A DNA stretch of 56,030 nucleotides, the filler included, from Squatina squatina (Eukaryota), in NCBI GenBank assembly GCA_031763465.1. It is 3 parts of 3 records of this genome, joined end to end, with 100 filler letters (N's around TTAATTAATTAA, not from the genome) between each part and the next. Parts side by side here need not be neighbours in the genome. Positions count along the whole stretch, not along the records: positions 29,002 to 40,910 come from JARFOE010073231.1; positions 41,011 to 56,030 come from JARFOE010000001.1; 1 more part is not named here. One strand, written 5' to 3'. Below, piece after piece: positions 35,599 through 48,639 of this stretch (position 1 is its first letter; each line of letters opens with the position of its first letter). The position numbers were made by a program, and so were the translations under genes. The notes beneath the pieces were generated by a model that made no database searches, was not told where the DNA came from, and worked only from the letters and a program-made list of their open reading frames with translations.

Positions 35599-37074
35599 CT
35601 GTAACGTGAGTCAAAATGAAAACGTTATGATTTCAACTGCCACAATGTGAACCTTTTTATTACAGCATTTAATATGATTCATCACATGGGGTTAGATGCT
35701 TTTTCATTCTCTCTGGGTGCTAAGCATTCTCTCGGCCCTGCTCCCATAAGACATTTCCAGCAGTACTCCAAGCACGGACAGAACCTATCAGATGTTTGTC
35801 TTGCATCTAGTTCATCAGAACGAGCAACACAGAGATTCATGCCTAATCTTCCCTGATTTTCGTTCCTGCTCTATGCCCAGTTGAACATAATGCACACTTG
35901 GCGAAAATCGAGGTCAGATTCTAGAGCTCGATCTTCTCTCTCTTTAATAACAAATATTACAGAGATAGTGATGAGGAGGATTCTCTTCAAAAGTCCAATA
36001 GCCCTGCTGCAAATTATCAGCCATCAAACTCCTAAATTGATGGACATGTGGATGAAATTGGCGAAAGGTTAATTTACTGAGAGCAAAGGAACTGAATATC
36101 AGGCCATTCTCCAATTTCCACCCCAAGCTAAAGGACATAGATCATAGAAAATACCAGGCACCGAGTGGAGTCCTCGCACTGTAGGATTGTACCAGTGGGA
36201 TGCTTTGGGAACTGAATTTGATGTGAGCATATTAATTTCTGCATGATCGATAATCATACGGGGGATGAGCAGCGAGGTGATTTCTAAATAGAGCTCTGCT
36301 AGCTGTGGTGGAGGACAACATTTTAACCAGCAACTAAGATGAGTTTGCTGCTAAAACAGGATGATAATGCAAATGCATTGGCCAGTGGTCGCAGTTCCTA
36401 GTTTTTGTACCTAAAGCTCCTGTTATATCTCAGTTATTGCACTGATATGGAACGTCAGTTTCCTCAACCATTGCCAAGTTTTTAAGTTAAAGCATCATAA
36501 CAGAAATTTGTTGAATAAATCCGTCAAGGTGCCATTGGGAGATTGTCCGAGGCCTTGCCTATGTCTTAAATGAAAAGACAACTTAGAACACGGAAAGATG
36601 CCATTCGACCCAAATTGTCAACTTCGGCGCAGAGCCACCCCTGAAATCTTATTATAGACTGGTTATTACTTCCTGGATTTCATACTCTATCGCTCTGATC
36701 ATTAAACCAAGAATTCCAGCAGCTCTTTTTTGAACGACTTGTCAACTTGTGGTGTCACCTTTTTTGACCGGTGAACCTGTACCCCAGAATGCATTGGGTC
36801 CTGAACAGCACCAAGCAAGCTTCCATTCAGGCGACAGTTATTAGTCATTCATTTTTAACAAAACGTTTCCACCTCAAGCTCATTAATATTGAATCTACCT
36901 CAAAATTTCAACCCAACATCCATCTTAACAATAATTATTTGTAGCTGCATTTGGCTCTCAAAATGTTACCTCCATTTCCTACTTTGATACAATCTGCAGG
37001 TTTCTATGTCAGGTGCAAATAAAGATTGTAGCGTCGTAATGGAAAGGATATTGGTGGACATATTCGAGAGATAA

Positions 37075-37240
37075 TTTCAAAGCTGAGGCCCAGGTAGCAG
37101 CAGGTACGGCCACCAATGATGGAGTGTTTAAAATTGCAGGTAAGCAAGAGGGCAGATTTTGAGCAGTGGAGGGATCTCAGGTTCTCGCGAGCTGGAGGAG
37201 GTTATAAAGATAGGCAAGTGCGAGGGATTTGAACAAGAGG
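37075..37240 (-). mobile_element. Old L2 3' ORF fragment
   Basis: Reverse complement resembles 3358-3458 (ctcctccagc...ctcaaaatctgccctcttg...cattggtggccgt). Confidence 0.65.
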
Positions 37241-37469
37241 ATAAGAGGATTAGGCCATTAGGTCCTTCAAACCTGCTCTGCCATTCCATATGATCATGAC
37301 TGATCCTCAAGCTCAGTGTAATATTCCCGCTTTCTTCCATATTCCTTATTAGACTCGAGAAATCTATCTCTCTCCTACTTGAATATATTCAATGACTTGA
37401 CTTTCACAGCCTTCTGTGGTACAGAATTCATAAGGTTCACCATCATCTGAGTGAAGAAATTTCTCGTCA

Positions 37470-38015
37470 CACAGAAGTGAAATACTGAGGATGCTGGAAT
37501 GTAGAATACAAACAAAAAATGCTGCAAAAACTCAGCAGGTCAGGCAGCATCTGTGGAGAGAAAAACAGAGTCAATGATTCGTGTCGATGACCTTTCGTCA
37601 GAACTAAAAAAAACGCAGAAATACAGCAACTTTTAAGGCACTGACAGGCAAACTGGTCGTGGTCGGGGGAGGGTGGGCGGTGGTATGGAAGAATGAATGA
37701 CAAAGTGTAACATAATAGTCTGATTGTCTGGGAGGCAGAAGAGATTAAGAAATGATGCAAGGCAATCATCGGAGATAATGGCAACATAACGAAGCACATT
37801 GCATCTTGATGGGTGTAAACAGGGTGGAAAACACACACACACACACACACACACATGCAGCAATGACGGAAGGGAAAAATAGATTTAATTTAAAAAGGTG
37901 AAAAGAAAGAAATTAAGAAAATATTAGAGCAGAGGTTTTGCTCTGAAATTGTTGAACTCACTGTTAAGTCCAGATGGCTGCAAAGTGCCAAATCGAAAGA
38001 TGAGGTGCTGTTCGA
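37470..38015 (-). mobile_element. Penelope-like element 3' fragment nested in CR1
   Basis: ctcagcaggtcaggcagcatctgtggagaga...gacctttcgtcagaact terminus; flanked by cgtca at 37465-37469 and 38016-38020. Confidence 0.7.
37830..37855. repeat. (CA)n microsatellite
   Basis: About 12 perfect AC units. Confidence 0.95.
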
Positions 38016-38931
38016 CGTCATCTCAGTCCTAAAAGGCCTACCCCGTATTCTGAGACTGTGACATTTGGTTTTAGAAACCCCAACCAGGGGAAAAATCCTC
38101 TGTGCATCTAGTCCGTCGAGCCCTGTCGGAATTTTATATGTTTCAATAAGATTATCTATCATTTTTTAAAAACTCTGTGAATAAAGGCGTAGTCAACCCA
38201 ATCTCTCCCCATTCGAAAGTCCTGCCATCGGCAGAACCAGTTTGTTGAACATTCACTGCACTCCCTTTGTCACAAGTATTTCCTTTCTGAGGAAAGGAGA
38301 ACAAAACTGCACAGAGTACTCCAGGTCTGATCGAACCAAGGCCCTATATAGCTGTGTAAAGCATCTTTGCTAATTTACTCAAATCCTCTTAAAATGAAGA
38401 CCAACATAGTACTTGCCTGAATAACTGCTTGCAGCACCTGCATGCTTGCTTTCATTGACTTGTGCAGAAAGACACCCAGGTGCCTTTGTAAATCAATATT
38501 TCCCAATCTATTAACATTTAAAAAATACTTCTGCGATTTTCGCTCAATATTACCAAAGGCATGTGAGCTTTGATTGGATGGAGTTGATGTCACGGATTTT
38601 TGCTCAATCTCAAACTTCCTTCAGACCATGCAGAAAGTGGAGGAGTGCCTAAGCGTCTATAGCAGTCAGTGGACACATTTCATTATTGAATGTGTTGTTG
38701 AGCTTCAGTTCACTACAATGGACAGAATTCAATTCATACCATTTCCTGGCATGTACCCTGTGATCGGTCAATGAGAGCAATTCAGGTAAAACCAAGAGAA
38801 TGGAAGAAGATATCGGGAGTTTCCTGGGTATCCAATGCATTTCACGAATAAGAGTTAGTGCTGCCTGGGCTGTCGAGTGCCTGTTGCAACCCTATTATGC
38901 AAAACAAAGTGAGGGCTGCAAATGCCATGTA

Positions 38932-39030
38932 ACTACAACAGTGACTACACTCCAAATATTGCTACGCTGTCTGTAAAGCGCTTTGAGAAATCAGGTTGTC
39001 ATAAAAGGCGCTATGTAAATGTAAGTTACA
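38932..39030 (+). mobile_element. Deu-SINE 3' tail
   Basis: tacaacagtgactacact...ctgtaaagcgctttgag...aaaggcgctatgtaaatgtaag. Confidence 0.7.
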
Positions 39031-40422
39031 CTTTGTTCTCTTAATTTACACCACGATATTTCCAAAGGAGATAGAGAGATACACAGCTGTGGATGCATGG
39101 TTAACAGATCGACCGAATAAGTTAAAGATTTACATCAATTCCGTTAAAGAGACATTTGGTGTTTTAATTTTTTTTAAGGAGCCATCCATATCGGGGCTCT
39201 ACCTCCTTTCATCCTCTTTGAAAACTCTAGTATAAGAGTGCTCAGAACATGGGTGACATCCGTTTCTTTTTTATGATACTGGACCACATTTAGTTTGTAT
39301 GCGATAAAGATATTTTCCACTGCCATACAATTTCAAGCACTAGGTTGAATATGCACATTTTAAAAAAGTACAGCTCCGAACTTTACCTTAGCCCTGTAAT
39401 TGCTCAATTCAGGCCGTTTCCTGAACACTTCCATTTACCCTTTGAAATAAAGACAATTATCCTTCTGGAAGTTAAGCTTAAAGGACCCGAGAGCCACACT
39501 CACCGAACCCAAGAACAACTGTGAGACCAAGCATTGTGCAATAAGATTCACATAGATTGTTGGGAGTAAGTTCCTTTTCTTAGTTCTGTAATGACTGGTT
39601 TGAAGTTGACGTATATGACACTGCTGTTGCTGCAACACCCTGGAATCCAGCATATAGGTCAACAATACTGCAGTCACCAATCAGAGCACATTGTTAAAAT
39701 TAGCCAAGCTATCAATAAGGAACAAAGAGAATCACTCACTGTCAGCAGATAAGTTGACTCAGAGCAGTTCCTTCAACATTAATTGAACATGGTACAGAAC
39801 TATATATGTGTACACGAAGCACACAGCAACAGTGTCTTTTTGGTTTTTGAATTTCAGGCAAACATGAAGCATTTACCTTTGCTACAAAATTTTCAACATT
39901 GCAAATTATGTTCAATGTTAAAGGAAAGAACATTCTATATAAAAGTAGAGTGATGCTGATACTGGAACAAGCCCAGAATATCTGGTTTCCACTTTAGATT
40001 CAGTGATTTGCATTCATGACGTCAATGAGACCGAAAGTGCAGATATTCATGTTATTAAATCTCTGTTGCAAACTCTAATTAACCTTTTTTTTCAAATATG
40101 TTTAATCACTACATTGTTGATGTTGCAGATTTGTTATCTGTTTATTATAATAACTGAACTATTTCTGCAGTCAGTAATCAAATTAATAGGACACATTGTT
40201 TGCCACGGCATTTCATGGTCGCATGAGACTGCCACAGACAATTACTTCACCATTTTATACATTTCTCATCTCAAGTAAGAATATATTACATACAAGCAGT
40301 GCTTCAGACATGTCCGTTCATCTAAAGTCAATTCGTTTCCTTCTGAGAGCTAAAACACAATTGGGAAATATCAATCTTTCTCTCTCCCTCTTACGTCATA
40401 TCCACATGAAGCTACATTTGTA

Positions 40423-40424
<2 letters not shown>

Positions 40425-40470
<46 letters not shown>
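40425..40470. repeat. (TC)n microsatellite
   Basis: About 23 perfect TC units abutting a CR1 fragment. Confidence 0.95.
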
Positions 40471-40473
<3 letters not shown>

Positions 40474-40474
40474 C

Positions 40475-40910
40475 TTTGTTCATATGTCAGACCTGCCATC
40501 CCAGGAATCAATCTTGTAAACCTTCGCTGCAGTCCCTCAACAGCAAGAATGTCCTTCCTCAGAGTAGGAGACCAAAACTGCACACAATACTCCAGGTGTA
40601 GTCTCACCAAGGCCCTGTACAACTCAATAGGACCTCCCTGCTCCGATACTCAAATCCTCTTGCTCTGAATGCCAACATGACATTTGCTTTCTTCACTGCG
40701 TGCTGTACCTGCAAACCTACTTTCAATGACTGATGTGCAATGACACCCAGGTCTCGTTGCACCTCCCCTTCTCCTAATCGGTCACCATTCAAATAATAAT
40801 CTGCCTTCTTGTTCTTGCCACCAAAGTGGATACCCTCACATTTATCCACATTATACTGCATCTGCCATGTATCTGCCCACTCACCTAACCTATCCAAGTC
40901 ACCCTGCAGC
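40475..40910 (-). mobile_element. CR1 LINE reverse transcriptase fragment
   Basis: DRLGEWADTWQMQYNVDKC...QRDLGV...AVKKAN and YRALVRLHLEYCVQFWSP...LQRRFTRLIPG, one frameshift. Confidence 0.92.
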
Positions 40911-41010
40911 NNNNNNNNNNNNNNNNNNNNNNNNNNNNNNNNNNNNNNNNNNNNTTAATTAATTAANNNNNNNNNNNNNNNNNNNNNNNNNNNNNNNNNN
41001 NNNNNNNNNN
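40911..41010. other. Artificial contig-joining spacer
   Basis: 44 N + TTAATTAATTAA (40955-40966) + 44 N. Confidence 0.95.
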
Positions 41011-42849
41011 ACACCAAATCAGCTACTTTCACTTTAAACACCACCAGCAGGCATTAGGGCTCTAATGCACATTTGGTGCCGGCGCAGACTCTCCCATTGG
41101 GTCCCCCAGGCTTCTTCTCTGGGGGCCAGCAGCAGATTCCACCTACAAGTATTCAACGCAATGTCTTTTGTCACCTGGCTGCAAACCTTAATTGACTGAA
41201 TCAACCATTTGTAGAACAAAGTTAACAGCTATCAGGAGGCGAGATCAAACCAAATGGTTTCGCTATGAACTATCAACACATAAAAGCCACTGAGTATCAT
41301 CATCATGCTGGATTGTCTCTGGGAATGGATACACTAGCATAAAAATGCAGATTATAGGCTGGGTTGTTTCTTTAATAGAACCTGTTTTTTGCACCAAAAA
41401 TACCACAAAGAAAAGACAAAGTAAAAAGACAGCATGGGCAAATATTGAATTTTGTCACAGGATTTATTTCCTATAAAATATGATGAATGCAGATTCCATG
41501 GCTAACATTTTTCGTGCTCACATAGTAGAGTGATTCGAAATGCCTGGTTATAAAATGAATAAACCTCAGCCTCTAATGAATTAAGTCTGTAAAATCCAAT
41601 CATATATGTTTTTTAGTTTAGCTGGCATGATCATTGATTTATAGATAGATGGACATACTAATAACATCGCAAAATACATTTTCCTGCTCCTGGAAGGTAG
41701 ATTGTTAAAGTCAGTAGAAGCCTGTGATTGAAGTACCGAAGCTGGAGGCTTCAATTCTTGTGCAGATTGTGGTTGATAGTTAAAGGCAGAAACCTGAGCT
41801 TCATGTCACTTCAAGTTTAATACAATTTCCTTGCACAGTAAATAAAATCAGTGCAGATGATGCATATCCCAGACATTCACCAAACGATAAGGGGGATGTA
41901 GCCACATTCCTGACACTGGTTATTTGGATATGGAAACTGCCCACAGGGAACAACCTTGGGGGTCATTTCTTCTGTGCATTTATTGTAGTAAAACTGGAAA
42001 TGTGTTGTAAGGAATGCATTTGCAATTTAACTAGAATTAGTACAGAAGAGCTCTCCCACCCTGGAATCCTGCCCGACCAACACTCCCACGTAAATTCTTC
42101 CAGCCACAAAAAATCTTGACAATTTGAAGATGGTCAATACTTCAAAGTACGGTCTTCACATTATGCTGAAATATAGACACGTGGTGGGAGTTTACTGCAG
42201 ATGGGGTAAAGCCAACAGCAAAGAACATCCATCGAATAAGTGGAATAACAGAATTTTTTTTTGGAATACAGTATCAACCTTAGGAGTTTTGAAAAATATT
42301 TTTCTTCCAATTTGTAACTCTAACATAATGGCCCTAGAAAATTTGTGGCCGCTCTGGCTTACTCCTCCCAGAACGTCGACAGTTGTAGGATGGAATGGCT
42401 GGAAACGTGGCCAAGATCCAGAGATGCTGGATTCAGGTTTTAATTCGGGCCTTCTACAATGCCCTGTTGGGGATGGAGCCTCCACCCATCCCGAACATGG
42501 GCATCAGCATACCAGGGGGACCAGGCTGAGGTAACAATCCTTACATCAGAAGTTCCCATGTTCTGGGCCCTCAGTGGAATATAGCATATTATTGGTGGAG
42601 GTACCCTTGGGCAGACACGTGGCACAGGCACCTGCTAATTAAGGAATCTCCACCTAGTTCCTGCAAAGTCCACCAGGGTGGTTCTCGCCAGGCGTGATCC
42701 TGATATTGCCAGGATCNNNNNNNNNNNNNNNNNNNNNNNNNNNNNNNNNNNNNNNNNNNNNNNNNNNNNNNNNNNNNNNNNNNNNNNNNNNNNNNNNNNN
42801 NNNNNNNNNNNNNNNNTTATCCTGTCAACTAGAGTCAACACCGACACCT

Positions 42850-43200
42850 ATCTACGTGCAATCTGTGTGCAGTCTGCGTATGGCCTGTGCAGAGTCTGTG
42901 TACAATATGTGAGTGGTCTGTGTGCGGTCTGCATATGGCCTGTGTACAACCTGTGTGTGGGCTGCGTATGGCCTGTGTACCATCTATGTGGGGTCTGCAT
43001 ATGGCCTGTGTACAATCTGTGTGTGGCCTGTGTGTGGTCCGCATATGGCCTGTGCACAGTCTGTGTACAATCTGTGTGTGGTCCGCATATGGCCTGTGTA
43101 CCATCTGTGTGCGGTCTGCATATGGCCTGTGTACGGTCTGTGTGTGGTCTGTGTACAATCTGTGTGTGGTCCGCGTGCGGCCTGTGTACAGTCTGTGTAT
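42850..43200. repeat. Minisatellite of 11-bp monomers, mostly in 33-bp units
   Basis: ggtctgcatat/ggcctgtgtac/aatctgtgtgt; tatggcc recurs at 42934, 42967 and 43000. Confidence 0.9.
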
Positions 43201-45887
43201 TCCGTGTTGTCATTGTGTGATGATATTCAGTCTGAAGGACTAAAAATTGCATTGGCAGGGTCACAACATTATTGAGAAATAATTTGCTGCAGATGACTTG
43301 GCCAGTATAATTGACAACCATAATGGTGGCAGCTGTTGGCAATAAGAGAAAACCAATCGTAGTGGCAACAAACCTGAAATGTGAAACATTAGCAAGAAAG
43401 TTCATTGACAGAAAAAGAAAAGACAAGATCAGATATTGTAATTAAAAAGCTCTTTAAGAGACCTAACACAACCTGGGGAGTTCTGCTTGATAGTTAAACT
43501 AAGCTTTTCTCTGGTTCTGGTGTTCACAGAATGCTCAATTGCATAACAGTTTTGAACACATTTCAAGCTGCCTTTTTGTAGTCTATATAATTATGGTGAT
43601 AATGATGAATTACTAGTCTCTGCAAGTTGCTATTGTACTTGCTTTATGATTTCCAAATAATAGTTTCTTCCAAATTAAATGTCTAGCCCCATGTGAGAGG
43701 TACAACAGAGAAAACCCCTGAATGAAATAACATACCGGCTATACATATACAGTTTTGAATTCATCAAGTACTGGACCAGTTATAAATTCCACTTGGAGCT
43801 ACCTTATCTGTAGTAAACTCTGGTAATTCAGTGTATAACAATCTGGCGAGACTGCAACATGATTTGATCTGAGAGTAGAATCTCCAGTCTAGTTGCAAGT
43901 TGCAGCGGGACTGTGGATGTTAACAGCGAGCCCCAGCCCACCCTGCAGTGGAAATCTGTGCCTGCTGCCAACACTGAAGGTTGGGAATCTAAACTGGAAG
44001 TGGGCGGCAGAAGGAAGAAAAACAAAAAGACACATCTTGTTCAGTAATGCTGCTGTTGTTCTGATAGGCATTTATGAATAAATCCCTTCTTCTGTCCTTT
44101 TTCTTGCTGTACATTCCAGTTTACTCAGCAGAATGTTCTGAGGTTGAAGTAACGGCACCACATTTTAGAAAGCTTGCTGCAGGAGCGCGTAGGAAGAATT
44201 ATAAGCAGTGGCTGATGGCCCTGACAGGCAAGGATTCATTGCCTCGGTACAGATGGCATTGAGAGATGAGAGACTGTACATGCGGGTGAGAGATCATTGC
44301 TGTGGCAAATCTGTGCTCAAGGGGAGAAGGCAATGTTCTGATTTCAAGCTTCAGGAGTTATAGCCTAATGGTTCTTTTATCACCTGACTTTGTTGACAAT
44401 GCCTTTCTGTTCAGAGTGGTAGCATCCATTTTAATGAGCTTCACTTTTGCTTCTTTCACTAGCTGAGATTCACACTCCTCTGGATATGAGGAAGACTCCA
44501 GGTGAAAGCTATTTTATAGCTATTGCCAATGGTGCTTCACGATTAAATGGGAAAAGTTGGGTGCACAGGATGAGATGGGCGATTTCCTCTTCTAATGTCT
44601 CAGTATGGCCCCGTTTAAGAACTGATGGTTCGCACATAATTCAAGCAGCCTGGAGACTCGAGCTCATAGTTTAACAGTTAACTGCTCTGAGTTATTGCTT
44701 CAATCAGATCTTTTGAAGATGTTTTATTGATAAAAGATGATAACTGATAATCAGAAATATTAAGTGTTTGACCTGCATTTATTTTGAATTGCTTACAGTG
44801 CACTTCAGGATTGCAGCCTTAAGTATTATAAAAGGTGATACATTTTTGAAAAATGAAGAACTGTGACCATATTCTGTATTTTATGAGAATATAGAGATGG
44901 AGAAGGGGAGTTCACCAACATGCAATGTAGACTTTCATGCTTTGGAAAAGGAAGGGGATCAGCAAAATCATGGTCTTGTGAAAAAAAAAGAATTATGGAT
45001 GGGCCCTTACAGATAATTTCTTTAACAAATATTATCAAACATATCTCTCACAAATAGGCAGAGATATATCACTAGACTTCCTGTTTCCTGTTTGAGCCTG
45101 TTTCAGTGGTGTTGACTTCAGTTGAGTTTTTCTAAGTGTATAGATATACAACACATTTCTAATTACTTCATTGGAAGAACAGTTACAAGTTTTTTTTTAC
45201 CTTTCTATATAAACGACTTTGCCAAGCATGTATTGTGCTCTTGGAAGTTGTATTTTCATGTTATACAGTGTCAGGTTGAATGATCTATTGCTGCAATACT
45301 GCAGTTCCAAAATTGAGTAATTATGTTTGTGACTATTATATCTTTGTATATGAAGGTATGATTAAATAAAGTAGTTGTTAGCAGCAAAGTGAATTGTGTT
45401 CTCTTCAGCCCTCTGTACCTCTGAGGTGTGCTAATAATTAAGTCCTACCAATGCTTCACTTTACACATGTTGATGACTGAAGCTGTGTGTGGGCCTTTTT
45501 TAAACATTGCAATAAATTCCTAGACACAAACTGAAATCTTGATCCATTTCTCCTACACCCTAAAGATAGGGTCATCGTGTATGAGAAGGTAATGTGACCA
45601 TTAATCAGTTTTGATGAAAGCTTATACCTGAAATATTCCTTCTTAAATACTGTGCACTTTCAGATTTTCACCATTTACGATTTCTCTTGTTGACTGCAAA
45701 TACTATATCAATTGGTGCTCTCCCAGCCATCTATATAAGGACCACAGCAGTATTTGGTGTATAACACCCTGAAGGTGATTTTATTCACTGAGTGAACTGT
45801 TCAAATTTACCACTTTCAAAAATAGGAAAGGGTTCCTTTTAAATAGCCTAAAAGAAACTCAAATCATCCTATTCACTGGGAGACATA

Positions 45888-46940
45888 GGGCTGTATTTTC
45901 TGGGGTGCTAGTGGGCGTGATCAGTGGCGGGTCGGGTGGGAAAGTGGTTGTTTTCCACCGCGGGTCGGGACCCCGCTGTGAACCCACTGCCCCGTGCCTT
46001 TACCAAATGGCTGGTCTGTCAGCACTGAGCAGACCCAACACACATTAGCGGGGGAGGCAATTAAAATCATTAGTTGCTTGCATACAGCCACTTATCAGTG
46101 CTTTTTTCCCAGCTTTTTGAATTTGACAGGTCGCCCACCGGTTTCCTGCTGTGCCTCGGCCTCATCTGTGAAGCTGAGACAGGAGGTCAGTGGCCATTGA
46201 ATCAGTTGATGAGTTGGCAGCTTCAAATGTCAAGTCAAAGCTCCCAACTGATTGAGAAATGTTCCCTTAACCACCAGCTTCTCTAAACTGCATTTTCACT
46301 ACAGATTCAGGATGCTGCAAGTCTTTGCTCAAGTCTCCATCCAATCTGACTTCGTTACCTCTCCCACCACTGACAGATCGTTTCTGTCATATCTATTTTA
46401 CCTGCCATCTATTCCAATAGCATGGGTGCCATTGATACTCACTCATCTTGGTCCTCAAAATCCCACTGCGATCAGCCCCAACACCAGCATCACCAGGCAC
46501 ACCAGCAGCACCAACAACAATACCAACCTTCTCCGCAATCACCTGATGCTGCACAGGATACAGGGTATCAGCACCTGATCACATTGCTGCCTGGGAGGCG
46601 TGGGATGGTAAAACCATGGCCAGATTTACTTCACTTGACGCTATACAACCTGGCTGCTACATGATGCGCCAGGTTGGCACCATCCCACACCAACACCATA
46701 AAGCACCCCTACAATGCCCAAGCCATTCCTTTCACACTCATCACCATTGCAGGGATACCCTTATATCTCACCATTCACTATAACTCACTAAGCCAAATCC
46801 AAAGGTACACACAAATCTGTCCAAGAACGCAAAATGTTGAAAATAAACATTTCAATGTTTAACAACACGTCAACATAAACTTTACTTGAACATTGGCTAA
46901 AACACCCAAGTGCCTCCCCTTGCATGTTGTTAGTTGGTGC
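45888..46940 (+). mobile_element. Internally deleted PIF/Harbinger-like element
   Basis: Left end gggctgtatttt plus GC-rich subterminal region (gcgggtcgggacccc gc), Q/H-rich decayed ORF (46422..46664); no DDE motif visible. Confidence 0.5.
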
Positions 46941-46941
46941 C

Positions 46942-47035
46942 TAAGAACATAAGAAATTGGAGCAGGAGTAGGCCATTCAGCCCCTCGAGCCTGCTCCGCC
47001 ATTCAACAAGATCATGGCTGATCTTCTACCTCAAC
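46942..47035 (-). mobile_element. CR1 LINE 3' tail
   Basis: taagaacataagaaattggagcaggagtaggccattcagcccctcgagcctgctccgccattca. Confidence 0.85.
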
Positions 47036-47135
47036 NNNNNNNNNNNNNNNNNNNNNNNNNNNNNNNNNNNNNNNNNNNNNNNNNNNNNNNNNNNNNNNNN
47101 NNNNNNNNNNNNNNNNNNNNNNNNNNNNNNNNNNN

Positions 47136-47435
47136 CATCGCCGGGGACATTGTTGACGCCGGGGTCGGATGTGCAACATCATCAAGTCACGCGCTGACTG
47201 CTCTACGCCGGCTCGTGACCCCACTCTGTGTTGCTGGCGAGCCACCTCCGGAATTGGAGAGCGGCTCGCCAGTGAGACCCCAGGCATTGGCTTGCTTAAC
47301 GTTGCCATGTTGTGCTGACCTGGAATGGTGACTAAGTTACCAATGCTGCCGACCTCACCCTCGCTGCCGGCGCGGCACACCCTCGGCGAGGGGGCCTCGA
47401 ATGCAACGGTCGGTTTTGGCACCAATTAGGCCCCC
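47136..47435. mobile_element. GC-rich Harbinger-like element, right end
   Basis: Same family as 8541-9007; ends cggttttggcaccaattaggccccc. Confidence 0.6.
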
Positions 47436-47760
47436 GTAGTTTCTATAGGCTCTCAATGCTCCCCAGTCTCACTTTTCTAAAGCAGTTTGCACAGGAGAGA
47501 CATAGAACTTGTGAGGGTTTTACTCTGAACAGCTGGTTCAATGGTTCCCTCAGGACTGACTGTAAAGGATATAAAATAGAAATAAAATTAGATATTAATA
47601 CACCCCGGATGTGCGGGGGGCAAATGGTCCTGCTCCACCTGACCCAACAAGGAAAGTAAAATAAAGTTTAAAACAAACTGATCTGTTTGGGCCACTTTTG
47701 GCCCCAACTCTTCTTCCCACGAGCTGCACCTAGTGGGAAAGCCACAGTGGCTTTCTCATT

Positions 47761-47952
47761 CCTCTTTTGTGTGAACCCAATAAAACAATGATTAACAAAT
47801 TAAACTAAAACCCAAAACTTAACAGAAAAACCCAGTGCTTAAACTAAAATCCAATTGTCCCCGGTGAGGATGCACTCCAGTCCCCCCGGTGCCCACCAGT
47901 CGCGGAAGGCCTCAAGCATACCGGCGGACACCGCATGCTCCATCTCCAGGGA
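47761..47952 (-). mobile_element. 5'-truncated Tx1-clade element with 13-bp TSD, nested in a MITE-like element (about 47620-48180)
   Basis: Same family as 1719-1914; TSD tggctttctcatt (47748-47760) / tggcttcctcatt (47955-47967). Confidence 0.8.
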
Positions 47953-48639
47953 AATGGCTTCCTCATTCAGCTCGCTGGTTAAACTGGCAACTGGCCGTGA
48001 TTACATCATTGGACCCCCGATCTCCATATTTAAAGAAGGACCTTGCTGGTTTCCACCTGCTGAGAAGAACAGGTTAAAGTGGAAGACAGTAGGAAGAGAG
48101 CAGGCCGTCGGTGAGCAAGTCGCTGAGGTGATTATAATTGAGGTGGTTTTAATTACCTTGTGAGCAGGGTTAAAATCACCTTTTAGAGTTCCAATTAATG
48201 TTGTTTAATGAAAGTATGCTAGATGGTAACATTAATTCTTTTAAGCTATGTTTGTCGTGCTTTTATGAAATAACCCTTCGCTGGACATGTATACGTAGAT
48301 CCCGACTTTCAATGTGTTTTCTGTAAATTCATTTATTATTTCCATTTTATGTCTGGGAAGTTGCAAATTTTATTACATTTGTCACAAGACACTACACATT
48401 TTTCTTTTGTTATTAATGCAAATATGAGTATTGCTCTAACTTCTCTTTAAGCGAGCTAAGACATATTTTATGTTATATTGAAGAACATGGGGCAGCCAAA
48501 AATTTTATTACAAAAAATGTTGATGCAGAAATATACATTTTTAACATGCCAAAGCACATCTTTTTTTAATTGTCTCTTGTAAGTTTTCTGAGTTTTCATT
48601 TTGGGGCATTTTTGGAGCACTGTGATTGGTCAGTGGACA

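Larger units (their letters stand above)
37245..38560 (-). mobile_element. CR1 LINE (RT C-terminus to 3' UTR), split by a nested insertion
   Basis: Minus ORFs LIETYKIPTGLDGLDAQRIFPLVGVSKTKCHSLRIRGRPFRTEM and QRHLGVFLHKSMKASMQVLQAV; resumes on both sides of 37470-38015. Confidence 0.85.

Noticed and set aside
35399-35614. 71-aa ORF as a standalone small membrane protein
   Set aside because: It starts in intronic sequence across a splice acceptor and reads through the donors; better explained as the TM exon.
42678-43426. Cys-rich (keratin-associated or metallothionein-like) ORFs
   Set aside because: Products of the 11/33-bp minisatellite, open on both strands.
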